Notes: a model not told the origin generated them from the sequence alone. Counted from the stretch's first letter, positions 32,563-43,217 are shown. The stretch is 64,000 bases of DNA from an uncultured Opitutaceae bacterium (GCA_964574435.1 CAZNNO010000009.1:3828-67827); one strand, 5' to 3'. Numbers and translations are program-made.

Positions 32563-34470
32563 ATGGACACCCAGCCACAGGAGGCCGCGGGCGGCGCGCC
32601 GATGAAGCCGGCGCCGCAGCAGCCCGGCGTCGTGCACCGTGAGACGGCGGTCATCGCCGCGCTCTCGTTCACGGCGATCGCGCTTCACCTCGCGCTCCGG
32701 TTCGGCTTCCGCGCGGGGCCCGCCGCGTTCAACGCGCCGCTCCTTGCGACGCTGGCCCTCGGGGGGGCGCCGCTCCTCTACGACCTGCTCCGGAAGTTCC
32801 TGAGGCGGGAATTCGGCTCGGACCTGCTGGGCGGCATTTCCATAATCACGTCGATCTTCCTCGGGCAGTATCTGGCGGGATCAATCATCGTCCTCATGCT
32901 ATCAGGGGGGGAGGCGCTCGAGGGCTACGCCCTACGAAGCGCCTCGTCGGTCCTGGAGGCGCTCGCCAAGAGGATGCCCTCGATCGCGCACCGGAAGCGC
33001 GCGGCTGGGATCTCGGACGTGGCGCTCGCCGATATCGAGGTGGGCGACACGCTCGTCATCTACCCTCACGAGATCTGCCCGGCGGACGGCGTGGTGCTGG
33101 ACGGCCGCGGGGTGATGGACGAATCCTACCTGACGGGCGAGCCGTTTGAGATCACGAAGACCTGCGGATCGCGGGTCATCTCGGGCGCCGTCAACGGCGA
33201 GGCGGCCCTGACGATCCGCACGACCCAGCGCGCTGCCGACTCGCGCTACGCGAAGATCATGGAGGTCATGCGCGAGTCCGAGAGCAAGCGCCCGCGGCTG
33301 CGCCGGCTGGGGGACCAGCTGGGCGCAATCTATACGCCGGTCGCGCTTGCCGTGGCCGCGCTGGCCTGGGTTGGCAGCGGGCAGTCGGTGCGCTTCCTGG
33401 CCGTCCTGGTGATTGCCACGCCGTGCCCCCTCCTGCTTGCGATCCCGATCGCGGTCATAGGCTCGGTCTCCCTCTGCGCCCGCCGGGCGATAATCGTCAA
33501 GAGCCCCGTCGCGCTCGAGAGGATTACCGGCTGCCGCACGGCCATACTCGACAAGACCGGCACCCTGACCTACGGCGTGCCGCGGCTCGCGGAGCAGCTC
33601 ATCGGCCCCGGCTTCGCCCAGCGCGACGTGCTGACCCTCGTGGCGGGCTTGGAGCGCTACTCCAGGCATCCGCTTGCCCATGCCGTGCTCGCCGCGGCCA
33701 GCGAGGAAGCGCTGCGGCTCCCGGAAGCGACGGAGGTGAGCGAGAGGCCGGGCGACGGGCTGCGCGGCACCGTCGCCGGGGCGCGGATCCAGGTCACAAG
33801 CCGGCGGATGGCCGTGGCGCAGGACCCCGCGATCGCCGGGCAGCTGCCCTCCGTCACCGCGGGCCTCGAATGCGTTGTCGTGATCGACGGCCGGTATGCC
33901 GCGACACTGCGCTTTCGAGACGAACCCAGGGCCGAGAGCCGCTCGTTTGTCATGCACCTCGGCCCGAAGCACCAGTTCCAGCGCGTGATGATCGTCTCGG
34001 GGGACCGCGAGACGGAGGCCCGCTACCTGGCGGGGCAGGTCGGCATCACGGAGATCTATGCGCAGAGGAGCCCTGAGGAGAAGCTCGCCATAGTCCGCCG
34101 GGAAACGGCCGCCGCGCCGACGCTCTACGTGGGGGACGGCATCAACGACGCGCCGGCGATGATGGCGGCCACTGTCGGCCTGGCGATCGGCCAGAATAGC
34201 GACGTCACGTCGGAGGCGGCCGCGGTTGTCGTCATGGACAACTCCCTTCGGAAGGTTGACGAGTTCATGCACATCAGCAGGCGGATGCGAGCGATAGCCC
34301 TGCAGAGCGCGGTGGGCGGCATGGCGCTCAGCGTCGTGGGGATGGCATTTGCCGCCACGGGCAACCTGAGCCCGGTGAGCGGGGCCATCAGCCAGGAGGT
34401 CATTGACGTCCTGGCCGTGCTGAACGCCCTCCGGGCGGCCTTCGCCCCGAGGCTCATCCACGATTTTTGA
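32563..34470 (+). CDS. Heavy-metal P1B-type ATPase with TPCP membrane motif and no N-terminal metal-binding domain
   Basis: ATG at 32563. TGEPFE, ATPCPLLLAIP, ILDKTGTLTYG, VGDGINDAPAM, and a last TM with SQEVIDVLAVLNALR. No CXXC HMA domain and no C-terminal extension. Confidence 0.9.
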   Translation: MDTQPQEAAGGAPMKPAPQQPGVVHRETAVIAALSFTAIALHLALRFGFRAGPAAFNAPLLATLALGGAPLLYDLLRKFLRREFGSDLLGGISIITSIFLGQYLAGSIIVLMLSGGEALEGYALRSASSVLEALAKRMPSIAHRKRAAGISDVALADIEVGDTLVIYPHEICPADGVVLDGRGVMDESYLTGEPFEITKTCGSRVISGAVNGEAALTIRTTQRAADSRYAKIMEVMRESESKRPRLRRLGDQLGAIYTPVALAVAALAWVGSGQSVRFLAVLVIATPCPLLLAIPIAVIGSVSLCARRAIIVKSPVALERITGCRTAILDKTGTLTYGVPRLAEQLIGPGFAQRDVLTLVAGLERYSRHPLAHAVLAAASEEALRLPEATEVSERPGDGLRGTVAGARIQVTSRRMAVAQDPAIAGQLPSVTAGLECVVVIDGRYAATLRFRDEPRAESRSFVMHLGPKHQFQRVMIVSGDRETEARYLAGQVGITEIYAQRSPEEKLAIVRRETAAAPTLYVGDGINDAPAMMAATVGLAIGQNSDVTSEAAAVVVMDNSLRKVDEFMHISRRMRAIALQSAVGGMALSVVGMAFAATGNLSPVSGAISQEVIDVLAVLNALRAAFAPRLIHDF

Positions 34471-34491
34471 ACCCCCGGGCCTCCCCGGGGT

Positions 34492-36939
34492 TCAGGCTCC
34501 GAGCGTGGCCTCGACCGCGACCGCGGTGCGCCCGTCGGCCGGGATCGGAATCACGTTGCCCTCGATCCTGCGCCCGTCGACCACGAGGCTCTTCACTCCC
34601 TTGGACCTTCCCCTTGGGTTGCGCACCGTGACCGTGTAGGTGACGCCGCGGAACTTGCGCTGGACGGTGAAGCCCTTCCATTCGCCGGGGACGCAGGGGT
34701 CGACCCGAAGGCCGCCGAACTCGGGGCGGACGCCGAGGATGTACTGGCTGCCGACGACGAAGGACCAGGCGGCCGTGCCCGTGAGCCAGGAATTCTTGCC
34801 CTCGCCGGGGGTGGGGGAGAACTGGCTCGCCGTCATCTGAGAGTAGACGTAGGGCTCCGAGCGGTAGACATCGTGATCCTTCTTGGCCGACGGGCAGATG
34901 CTCAGGTAGTACTCGAGCGCCCGCTTGCCGTCCCCAAGCAGCGCCCAGCCGATGTGGATCCACGTGTTGTTGTGGGTGAAGACGCCGGCGTTCTCCTTGT
35001 AGCCGGGGGGGTAGCTGCTCACCTCTCCCAGCTCGAGGTGGTACGTCGAATAGGGCGGCCACTGCAGGGCGCAGCCGAGATCCGGGTGGTAGAGGTGCCT
35101 CTCGACGGCCATGAGCGCCTTCCTCGCCCGGCCGTTGTCCGCGCCCGCGCCCCCGAGGACGCACCACGCCTGGCTCTCGATGAACAGCTTTCCCTCCTCG
35201 CAGCTCCTCGAGCCGACCGGGCGGCTCTGCGCGTCGAAAGCCCGGGTGTACCAGGCGCCGTCCCATGCCTGCTCCTCGACCGTCTTGAGCATGTCGGCAT
35301 AGTAGCCGTCGACCCGAACGGCGTCGCCCGTCGATCCCAGGAACCGGTAGAGACCGGCGAGCTCGCGGGCCGCGTAGAGGAAAAGCCCCGCGATCATGAC
35401 CGACTCGGCCTTCGAGCCGGCGATGTCGCCGGTGACCTGGAAGGACTCGTTGGGCTCCTTTGAGAAGCAGTTCAGGTTCAGGCAGTCGTTCCAGTCGGCG
35501 TGGCCTATCAGCGGGAGGCCGTGCGGGCCGCGGTTCCTGAGTGTGAACGCTATCGACGTCTCAATGTGGTGGAGGAGCGTGTCCCGCGAGCCCGGCTTGT
35601 CGGCGTAGCCGCACGGCTCGCCGAGTATCGCGCTGTCCCCGGTCTCGCGGATGTAGGCGCATGTCGACAGGATGAGCCAGAGGGGGTCGTCATTGAAGCC
35701 TCCGCCGATGTCGGCGTTGCCCTTCTTCGTCAGGGGCTGGTACTGGTGGAAGCAGGTGCCGTCGGACAGCTGGGTGGAGGCAATGTCCAGGATGCGCTGG
35801 CGCGCGCGCGCCGGCAGCAGGTGGACAAAGCCGAGGATGTCCTGGTTGGAATCCCGGTAGCCCATGCCCCGGCCGATGCCGGTCTCGTAGCCCGACGTCG
35901 AACGCGAGAGGTTGAAGGTGGCCATGCACTGGACCTGGTTCCAGACGTTGACCGTGCGCTGCAGGTGCTTGTTCGGAACCTGGGTTGCCTGGTAAGTCGA
36001 CAGCAGATCCCTCCAGCGGCCCTGGAGGGCCCCGAAGGCGGCGTCCACGACCGCGAGGTCCGAGTATTTCTTCAGGACCGCCCGGCCCCTCGCCTTGTTC
36101 ATGACAAAGGGCGCGTCGAATTTCTCCAGTTCCCCCTGCTCGACGTAGGCGAGCACGAACGCGAAGGTCTCGGCCGTGCCGGGCTTCACGGCGAGGTCGA
36201 CCTGGTGCGCCCCGACCGGGTTCCAGCCGTAGGCGTGGCTGTTGGAGCAACGCCCCGCGAGGACCGCCTGGGGATCGTGCAGGCCGTGATGGACGCCAAC
36301 GAAGGCGTCGCGCGACGTGTCGTAGCCGGTTACCTTGCGGGTGCAGCCGAAAAGGGTGTAATGGTTGCGGCGCTCCCGGTACTCCGTCTTGTGGTAGATG
36401 GCCGAGCCCTCGACCTCGACCTCGCCGATCGAGTACGTGCGCTGGTAGTTCGTCATGTCATTGAGCGCCTCGAAGAAGCAGAACTCGACGAACGAGAAGA
36501 GGGACAGCTTCTGCGTCGTCTTCGAGGTGTTGCGCACGGTGACCTTCCAGATCTCCACGTTCTCGTCGGGCGGTATGAAGATGAGCTGCTCCACCTCAAC
36601 GCCCGCCTTCCGTCCCTTGATGCGGGTGTAGCCCAGGCCGTGGCGGCACTCGAACGCGTCCAGCTTGGAGCGCACCGGCTTCCAGCCGGGGTTCCAGATG
36701 CTCCTGCCCTGCTTGATGTAGAGGAATCGCCCGTCGTTATCCATCGGGTTGCTGTTGTAGCGGTACCGCGTCAGCCGCCGAAGCCTCGCGTCCTTCCAGA
36801 ACGAGTAGCCCCCGGCGGTCTGGGTGCACAGGCCGTAGAACTCGTCCTGTCCGAGCATGTTGAGCCAGGGCAGCGGCGTGTCCGGGCGCGTGATAACGAA
36901 CTCGCGGTTGGTGTCGTCGAAGTATCCGTATTGGGCCAT
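34492..36939 (-). CDS. GH94-family disaccharide phosphorylase (cellobiose/chitobiose phosphorylase-like)
   Basis: The ATG at 36939 gives MAQYGYFDDTNREFVITRPDTPLPWLNMLG, the typical GH94 N-terminus. At 815 aa, with motifs RDSNQD, GHADWNDCLN and a (alpha/alpha)6 region. The extension to 37077 is rejected. Confidence 0.85.
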   Translation of the reverse strand: MAQYGYFDDTNREFVITRPDTPLPWLNMLGQDEFYGLCTQTAGGYSFWKDARLRRLTRYRYNSNPMDNDGRFLYIKQGRSIWNPGWKPVRSKLDAFECRHGLGYTRIKGRKAGVEVEQLIFIPPDENVEIWKVTVRNTSKTTQKLSLFSFVEFCFFEALNDMTNYQRTYSIGEVEVEGSAIYHKTEYRERRNHYTLFGCTRKVTGYDTSRDAFVGVHHGLHDPQAVLAGRCSNSHAYGWNPVGAHQVDLAVKPGTAETFAFVLAYVEQGELEKFDAPFVMNKARGRAVLKKYSDLAVVDAAFGALQGRWRDLLSTYQATQVPNKHLQRTVNVWNQVQCMATFNLSRSTSGYETGIGRGMGYRDSNQDILGFVHLLPARARQRILDIASTQLSDGTCFHQYQPLTKKGNADIGGGFNDDPLWLILSTCAYIRETGDSAILGEPCGYADKPGSRDTLLHHIETSIAFTLRNRGPHGLPLIGHADWNDCLNLNCFSKEPNESFQVTGDIAGSKAESVMIAGLFLYAARELAGLYRFLGSTGDAVRVDGYYADMLKTVEEQAWDGAWYTRAFDAQSRPVGSRSCEEGKLFIESQAWCVLGGAGADNGRARKALMAVERHLYHPDLGCALQWPPYSTYHLELGEVSSYPPGYKENAGVFTHNNTWIHIGWALLGDGKRALEYYLSICPSAKKDHDVYRSEPYVYSQMTASQFSPTPGEGKNSWLTGTAAWSFVVGSQYILGVRPEFGGLRVDPCVPGEWKGFTVQRKFRGVTYTVTVRNPRGRSKGVKSLVVDGRRIEGNVIPIPADGRTAVAVEATLGA

Positions 36940-37136
36940 GGGAAGGGGGTCGGTGGGTGGGTTTTGCCGCGCGGGAGGCTCTCCCGGCGCCCGGCAACGG
37001 CATGCCGCCACCGGCTGATTGCGGAGGTCCGCGCGGTCCGAAGGGAAATGAATGGGCGGCCCGCTGGGCGTTTGCAAGCCTCGGACGGCCCGGCCTCAGG
37101 CGGGGTCCCCGGGGGCGGGGCCGCGGGCGCCGAGAC

Positions 37137-38288
37137 CTAACGCCCCAGGCGGAGCAAGCGCTCGCCGGCCGCATGGAGCGTCTCCGGCTTCTTCGCGAAA
37201 TTGAGGCGGATGTACCGGTTTTCGCCGGGCATGAAAAAGCTTGAGCCCGGAACGGGGGCGACGCCGATCTCACGGGTCATCCAGTGCGCGAACTCGATGT
37301 CGCTCGCCCAGCCAAACGGGGAGATGTCGACCATGACGAAATAGGCGCCCTCGGGCCGGGTGTAGGAGAGGCCGGTCCGGTCAAGGTAGCCGAGGAGCAC
37401 GTCCCGGGAGCGCGCATAGACCGCGGCCAGCTCGCCGTAGTACTCCGGCGCAAAGCCGAGCGCCGTCACCACGGCGTGCTGGAGGGGCGCCGCGGCCCCG
37501 ACGGTCAGGAAGTCGTGCACCTTTCTGGCCTGCGCTATGATCTCGGGCGCGGCGTGCACGTAGCCCAGCCGCCAGCCGGTGATGGAGAAGGTCTTGGAAA
37601 GGGACGAGCACATGAGGGTGCGCCCCGCCATTCCCGGGAGCGCCGAGAAGTAGGTGTGCCTGTGCGGGGTGAAGACAATGTGCTCGTAGACCTCGTCGGT
37701 CAGCACGAAGACATCGAACTCCTCGGCGGCCGCGGCGATCACCGAAAGCTCGGCGCGCGTGAACACCCGGCCGCAGGGGTTCGAAGGGTTGCACAGGACG
37801 AAGGCCTTGAGCCCGCCCTCGAATGCGCGGCGCAGCTCATCCGGGTCGAACCGGTAGTCCGGGGGGTGGAGCGGCACCAGGACGGGCTGCGCGCCGCAGA
37901 GTATGGCGTCGGCCGAGTAGTTCTCATAGAAGGGCGAGAAGAGGCCGACCTTGTCGCCGGGATCGCAGACGGTCATCATGGCGACCATCATCGCCTCGGT
38001 GGCGCCGCACGTGACGACCAGCTCGCTCGCGTCGTCGACCCGAAGGCCGGTGAAGCGCTCGAGTTTCGCCGCGAGCGCCTTCCTGAGCTCGGGAGCGCCC
38101 CACGTGATGGCGTACTGGTGGCGCCCGGCATCCATGGCGTCCTTCCCCGCCTGGACCAGCTCGGGAGGCGGGTCGAAGTCGGGGAACCCCTGGGCCAGAT
38201 TTATGGCGCCGTGGCGCTGCGCCACCCGCGTCATCTCCCGGATGAGCGATTCTGTGAAGACAGAGGTTCGTCGAGACGTGCTGGGCAT
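37137..38288 (-). CDS. Class I/II PLP-dependent aminotransferase (YbdL/kynurenine aminotransferase-like)
   Basis: ATG at 38288. INLAQGFPDFDPP, NPSNPCGRVF and the SLSKTFSITGWRLGY Lys motif. Confidence 0.85.
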   Translation of the reverse strand: MPSTSRRTSVFTESLIREMTRVAQRHGAINLAQGFPDFDPPPELVQAGKDAMDAGRHQYAITWGAPELRKALAAKLERFTGLRVDDASELVVTCGATEAMMVAMMTVCDPGDKVGLFSPFYENYSADAILCGAQPVLVPLHPPDYRFDPDELRRAFEGGLKAFVLCNPSNPCGRVFTRAELSVIAAAAEEFDVFVLTDEVYEHIVFTPHRHTYFSALPGMAGRTLMCSSLSKTFSITGWRLGYVHAAPEIIAQARKVHDFLTVGAAAPLQHAVVTALGFAPEYYGELAAVYARSRDVLLGYLDRTGLSYTRPEGAYFVMVDISPFGWASDIEFAHWMTREIGVAPVPGSSFFMPGENRYIRLNFAKKPETLHAAGERLLRLGR

Positions 38289-38351
38289 CCACCCTGGAGA
38301 CTCAGATCCGGCGCCAACAGGGCAATTGAAAACGGGCCGCCCGGAACCCCG

Positions 38352-40268
38352 TCATTCCCGGACGAGCGTGGTCAGGCTGCGAGCGGGAAGGGTCAGCACG
38401 CTCCCGGCCCTCCCGGGCGCAATCGCCACATGGCCCTCCTGGTAGCCCGACGACTCGGTTGTCGTCACGGTTCTCCAGGATCCGGGGGGAAGGCCCGTGA
38501 GGGTCGCCTCGCAGCCCGGCCCCACGTTCAGCACGTGCACGACCAGCGCGTCCTTCCGTGCAAAGGCGCTGATCTGGACGTCGGCCCTGTCGCTGGACGT
38601 CCTGACCGCCTCGCTCTTCGTGGGCGTCAGGTTCGCGAACTGCTTCATCAGCCAGAACCTACCCGTCGGCTCGATTGCGCCACCGGGCCCGACATGGACC
38701 AGGGCGTAGTCCTCGGTAAACTGCCAATAGATGAGCGCCTGCGGGCGCGCATGGCGGAGAAGGTCCTGGAACTGTCCGGCCTCCCTGAGGCCGTAGGAAT
38801 AGCTGTCGAACATCCTGTTCTTGTAGGAGCCGGGATCGACGCCGGCCTCGGCGACAAGCAGCGGCAGGTGGAGCCAGGAGGCCACGTCGCCCCATGCCTC
38901 GTACTGCGCCGGCGTGCCGCCTCCCCAGCTGTGGACCGAGACCGCGCCGACGTAACCCATGGCCTCGGGGTCGGCTGCGGCGGCGAGGACGAACTTGTGG
39001 GAATCGCGGGGGTTGGCGGTGTCGCCCAGGAGCATCTTGGTCTTCAGGCCCTTCGCCGCCAGGTACGCCCCGATGCGCTTGATCTCGTCTCGGTGTGTCT
39101 CCGCCGTGAACCCGACGTTCACACCGAGGTCGGACTCGTTGAACGAAAAGAGGTCGGGAGCGGCCCCGTAATTGTCCCTGATGTACACCAGGTAGCTTCC
39201 CAGCAGGTCGAGGAATTCGGGCCAGCGATCGGGCGCGATCTGGCGGGCGAAGGTGCCGAACGGCCGCTGGTTGGGATCCGTGTAGTAGCGCTCGGGAAGG
39301 GACCAGACGCTCAGGATCCACGGGATGCCCATGCGCTGGATGCGCTGCATGAGCTCGAAGTCCCTCTTGAGCATCGGGCCCGGAGAGGCTGCGCCGCGGT
39401 CGTGGTCCCATGCGGTCGCCTTGAACTCGATGCGGGCCCAGGAGACCTGGAGGTTCTTCAGGGTGTAGTCCACTATGGGCGTGTCGGCATAGACGCGGTA
39501 GTTGCCCCCGAAGCCGTCGAAGGGGTAGAGCTCCGCAGCCGGGTCGACGGCGAGGTTGGCCTGAGTCGCGGCGGGGGTGCCCGACAGCCTCAGCGAGAGG
39601 CCGATCTTCAGGGTGTCGCCCATCATCCAGGGCCCCGAGATGAGCCTAACCCGGATGCGGTAGGAGCGCCCCGAGGAATCCCAGACATCCGTGATCGTGA
39701 TGGGCCTCGGCTGGTCGAGCGCGAGCGACAGCCTCCAGTTCCCCGTCGAGTCGGCGAAGGCGACGCCCGCGGAGGTGGCGTCGAAGAAGCGCGGGTCGGG
39801 CGGCTTGGCCAGCGGAAGGGGAGCCCCAGACGGATCGAGGTGCCAGCCCTCGAACGACGCGCGCGGCAGGTCGATCACGTAGTCCACGGACTCGACGTCC
39901 AGCGGGAAGCGAAAGGCGGGCCGCCCCGGGAAGGGCGACTTCGACGTGATTGACGCAGCGAGGGCCACACCCGCTTCGGGCTCGCTCCAGGCCACGTTGA
40001 CCTGGGCCTGGCTGCCGTTCGGGAAGGGCACCGTTCCCGACCAGCTCGTGTCGGGGCCGGGCCTCGCGATCGGCGATCGCTGGTCATTCGGCTGCGCCGA
40101 GTATGCCGGCGCCCCGGTGAACCTGACCGAGAGCTCCCCGCGCACGGGCAACTCGACTCCGCTTGCAATGAGCGAGGTCAATCTTCCGGCCGAGTCATAG
40201 GTAGCGCGCTCGCCGGCCAGGCACGTGGCGGCGGCGCAGAGCGCCAACAGGGGTGCTTTCTTGAGCAT
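38352..40268 (-). CDS. Secreted putative glycoside hydrolase (TIM-barrel, family not resolved)
   Basis: The ATG at 40268 gives the signal peptide MLKKAPLLALCAAATCLAGE. The N-terminal part is beta-rich. The C-terminal part has FGGNYR, NESDLGV and VHSWGG patterns suggestive of a GH5/GH30-like barrel. Assignment is weak. Confidence 0.5.
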   Translation of the reverse strand: MLKKAPLLALCAAATCLAGERATYDSAGRLTSLIASGVELPVRGELSVRFTGAPAYSAQPNDQRSPIARPGPDTSWSGTVPFPNGSQAQVNVAWSEPEAGVALAASITSKSPFPGRPAFRFPLDVESVDYVIDLPRASFEGWHLDPSGAPLPLAKPPDPRFFDATSAGVAFADSTGNWRLSLALDQPRPITITDVWDSSGRSYRIRVRLISGPWMMGDTLKIGLSLRLSGTPAATQANLAVDPAAELYPFDGFGGNYRVYADTPIVDYTLKNLQVSWARIEFKATAWDHDRGAASPGPMLKRDFELMQRIQRMGIPWILSVWSLPERYYTDPNQRPFGTFARQIAPDRWPEFLDLLGSYLVYIRDNYGAAPDLFSFNESDLGVNVGFTAETHRDEIKRIGAYLAAKGLKTKMLLGDTANPRDSHKFVLAAAADPEAMGYVGAVSVHSWGGGTPAQYEAWGDVASWLHLPLLVAEAGVDPGSYKNRMFDSYSYGLREAGQFQDLLRHARPQALIYWQFTEDYALVHVGPGGAIEPTGRFWLMKQFANLTPTKSEAVRTSSDRADVQISAFARKDALVVHVLNVGPGCEATLTGLPPGSWRTVTTTESSGYQEGHVAIAPGRAGSVLTLPARSLTTLVRE

Positions 40269-40400
40269 GGGGGTAGTTCCAGCGTAGCACTGGCTGCAAT
40301 TTCGACAAACCGATTCGTCATTTCTGCCCGCGGCCAGGCTGCGCCGCGGCATGACCTTTCTCAAGAGCGGCCGGGCCGCGGAGGACCAGCCTTCCCTACG

Positions 40401-41663
40401 TCAGACCCCGGTGGCGGGGACAAGGGCGGCCCGGCCGTCCGGACGCCACGCCCAGGCCGCGGCGGCAAACACCAGGATGCCGGCGACGCCGAGGAGCGAG
40501 TCTGCGGCCAGCATCCCGCGCGGACCAAACCCTGTCTCCACCGCCGCAAGAAGCAATCCCATGTACCAGATCGGAAAGTTGGAGAGCGATGCGAAGGCGT
40601 TGTACTTGGTCGCCGCAAGCTTGGCTCCAATTGCCTCCAGCACAAAGGCCGAGAAGGCGGCGTAGGTGAGGCCGGTCGTAAACCAATACGCCAGGCTGCA
40701 GAGCTCGTAGGCCCGCGGCGTCGCCGGCAGAAGCGCCATGGCCAGCGCGACGGCGGCCATGATCGCGCCGTACACGGCATAGCCTGCCCGGGCGCCGAGG
40801 CGCACGCACCCATAGCCTCCCGCGATGCAGCCGGCCATCGAGACCAGGCCGCCGAGGACCCCCTGTATGAGCGAAACGGTCGCCGAGCCGACTCCCCAGT
40901 AGGCCGCCACGTCGGCCTGACCCAGGACGCCGGTCGCGGTGCCGGTGCCGACGGGCACGAAGCAGAGGAGCGCGCACATCGCCCCGCTTCGCGAACGCAC
41001 CACCCGCCAGAGCTCGACAACGATCCCTCGGCCCGAGGCCGCGAGGCTCCCCGTGGCCGGATCGGCCGGTATGTCGGGAACGAGGGCGAGGGCGGCGGCG
41101 CAGGAAAGCGTCAGGACGGCCAGGATGAGGCCCGTCTCCCATCCCGCCGGGAGGACGGTCAGAAGCCAAAGCCCCAGCCCGCCCCCTATCCCCGAGCCGC
41201 CGAGATTGCCCGCCTGCAGCCATCCGCTGACCCTGCCCACGTCCGGTGCCGGCGTCAGGTGCGCGACCATGGCCTCGACCGCGAAGCCGAGGAAGGAGGT
41301 GGCCACCGAGCTCAGCAGTATTATCACCTCGATCAGCTGGAACGTGGCCGGGCCCAGGGGGACGGCCGCCGTTGCGAACAGGCCCGCGGCGATCATCGCC
41401 GCGGACAGGAGGTACCAGCGCCGGCGGCTCAGCGTCGTGTCCGCCACGGGCGCAAGCAGGAACTTCCATACCTGGGGACCCATGAAGGTCGCGATCATGA
41501 GGGCGCCCTGCTGGACGCTCAGCCCCCGCCTCGTCGCGAGAAAGGCGAGCGCCACGCTCACGAAGCCCATGGCCGCGCCATACGGCAGGTACAATATGGC
41601 GAATAGGATCGGATGGCGCTTCGGGTGCGCTCCCTGCGGGTGATTGGATGCCTTGGACTCCAA
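40401..41663 (-). CDS. MFS transporter (AmpG/PAT-like)
   Basis: About 12 predicted TM helices. The N-terminal ILFAILYLPYGAAMGFVSVALAFLATRRGLS resembles AmpG-type permeases. The listed start is TTG. Confidence 0.65.
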   Translation of the reverse strand: MESKASNHPQGAHPKRHPILFAILYLPYGAAMGFVSVALAFLATRRGLSVQQGALMIATFMGPQVWKFLLAPVADTTLSRRRWYLLSAAMIAAGLFATAAVPLGPATFQLIEVIILLSSVATSFLGFAVEAMVAHLTPAPDVGRVSGWLQAGNLGGSGIGGGLGLWLLTVLPAGWETGLILAVLTLSCAAALALVPDIPADPATGSLAASGRGIVVELWRVVRSRSGAMCALLCFVPVGTGTATGVLGQADVAAYWGVGSATVSLIQGVLGGLVSMAGCIAGGYGCVRLGARAGYAVYGAIMAAVALAMALLPATPRAYELCSLAYWFTTGLTYAAFSAFVLEAIGAKLAATKYNAFASLSNFPIWYMGLLLAAVETGFGPRGMLAADSLLGVAGILVFAAAAWAWRPDGRAALVPATGV

Positions 41664-41810
41664 GCGACCGTGCGGGTCTGGCCGTTGGCGCGTGCCCCGG
41701 CAAGGCTTATCTCGGGCGGTCCGGAGAGCCGGACTCCAGCCGTGATCGGGGAAGGCGGCGGCAGCAATGCCGTCGCCTTGCCCGATCCAGCCCGGGAAAC
41801 CCGGCGGCGC

Positions 41811-43013
41811 TCAGTTCCTCCCGGAGGGCCCGATCGCACCCAGGACCTTGCCGAGAAACGGGTCGATGGATTTCCCCTGGATCCAGCGCGCGACGACGAC
41901 CAGGTCGTTGTCCCAATCGATGTAGATGATGTTGGTCCCGTTGCCGACGAAGACCACGCTGTCGGCCGGCGCCGAGGGATACTCCCTCCTGCCGGGGTTC
42001 AGGTACCAGTTCGCGAAACCATAGGCGGGATTGGCGGGGCCCGGAGTTCTCGCCAGGGCTATCCACGTCCCCGAAACGATCTGCCTTCCCGCCCAGCAGC
42101 CGTGCTCAAGGAAGAGGTAGCCGAATCGGGCCATGTCCCAGGCGCTGATGAACATGCCGCCGCCGTAGTGGCCGCCGCCCGAAACGGATTGGATGCGCCG
42201 TCCGCCAATCTCGACCCAGGAGTTGTCGTACCCTTCCCAGTGCCACGTGTCCGACGCGCCTATGGGATCCATGACCTGCTCGCGGAGCACCTCCGGCAGC
42301 GGCCGCTTCCAGACGTGGAGCGCCGCCAGGGCGAGGAGGTTCACGCGGACGTCATTGTATTTGAAGTGCGTGCCCGGCTCATGCATCGGGCGGCGGGGAT
42401 GGTCGGCGGGGGTGGCGCCCTCCGGGCGGTCCGCCCAGTCGGGGATTCCCCAGAGGGTCCCCGACCAGTCGCTCGTCTGGCGAAGCATGTGGTCCCACGT
42501 GATCTTCGCATTGTGCTCCGATTCGAACAGCTCGGGCTCGGGAACATAGCTCTTAACCGGGTCGGAGAGGTCGTGGATCATGCCCTGCTGCCACGCAAGC
42601 CCGACAACCGTGGTCAGGAACGTCTTGGTGACGCTATGCGTCATGTCGACCCGCGCCGGGTCGCCCCAAGCGGCGACGACGTAGCCGTGGCGGATGACGA
42701 GGCCGGTCATCCCGCCCCTGGGCTGGGTCGGGCCGAGAAGCCTCCAGAGCGGCTCGCGCTTGCCGAAGGACTGGCGCAGGTCGAGCGCGACGTCCCTCGG
42801 CCCTGGGCTCTCGTGGGCCTCGGAGAAATCGACGGCAGCCTTCAAGAGCGCGGAATCCATGCCGCAGGTTTCCGCCAGCCGATGCTCCCAGCTGCCCCGC
42901 GGCGGGAAATAGGCCGTTTCCTGGCTGCACAATCCGGCCCGCGCAAGGCAGAAGGCCAGGGCCACGCCGAGGGGCGGCACCCTGTGGGCGACGCGCCAGC
43001 TGGGGAACCTCAT
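41811..43013 (-). CDS. Beta-lactamase-related serine hydrolase
   Basis: ATG at 43013, signal-like N-terminus, SxxK motif (HSVTKTF), 400 aa. Confidence 0.75.
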   Translation of the reverse strand: MRFPSWRVAHRVPPLGVALAFCLARAGLCSQETAYFPPRGSWEHRLAETCGMDSALLKAAVDFSEAHESPGPRDVALDLRQSFGKREPLWRLLGPTQPRGGMTGLVIRHGYVVAAWGDPARVDMTHSVTKTFLTTVVGLAWQQGMIHDLSDPVKSYVPEPELFESEHNAKITWDHMLRQTSDWSGTLWGIPDWADRPEGATPADHPRRPMHEPGTHFKYNDVRVNLLALAALHVWKRPLPEVLREQVMDPIGASDTWHWEGYDNSWVEIGGRRIQSVSGGGHYGGGMFISAWDMARFGYLFLEHGCWAGRQIVSGTWIALARTPGPANPAYGFANWYLNPGRREYPSAPADSVVFVGNGTNIIYIDWDNDLVVVARWIQGKSIDPFLGKVLGAIGPSGRN

Positions 43014-43217
43014 GCCCCATTCACGGGTCGCCGGGAGCTGTTGGCAATTGGGAAACCCCCTGAGAAGGCCCGGTCGCTTCAGGCGCAGAAGCCCGAGACC
43101 GGCAGGATCGCGGCGAATGGCCTCGACGGCCTAAGCCCTTGCAGGCGCGCCTTCACCTGGAAAGCGCCACCGCTTTCCCCTGGGCGCGGGGCTGCGGAAT
43201 GGGGCGGGGGAGAGGAT

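Noticed and set aside
32932-34461. 509-aa minus-strand ORF
   Set aside because: It is antisense to the second P-type ATPase. The same reasoning applies to 8477..9985, 35500..37140, 685..2079, 7457..8200 and other long antisense ORFs.
37284-39953. 889-aa plus-strand ORF
   Set aside because: It spans the antisense of two separate recognisable genes (the aminotransferase and the secreted hydrolase). It is an Arg/Gly-rich artefact of GC3 bias.
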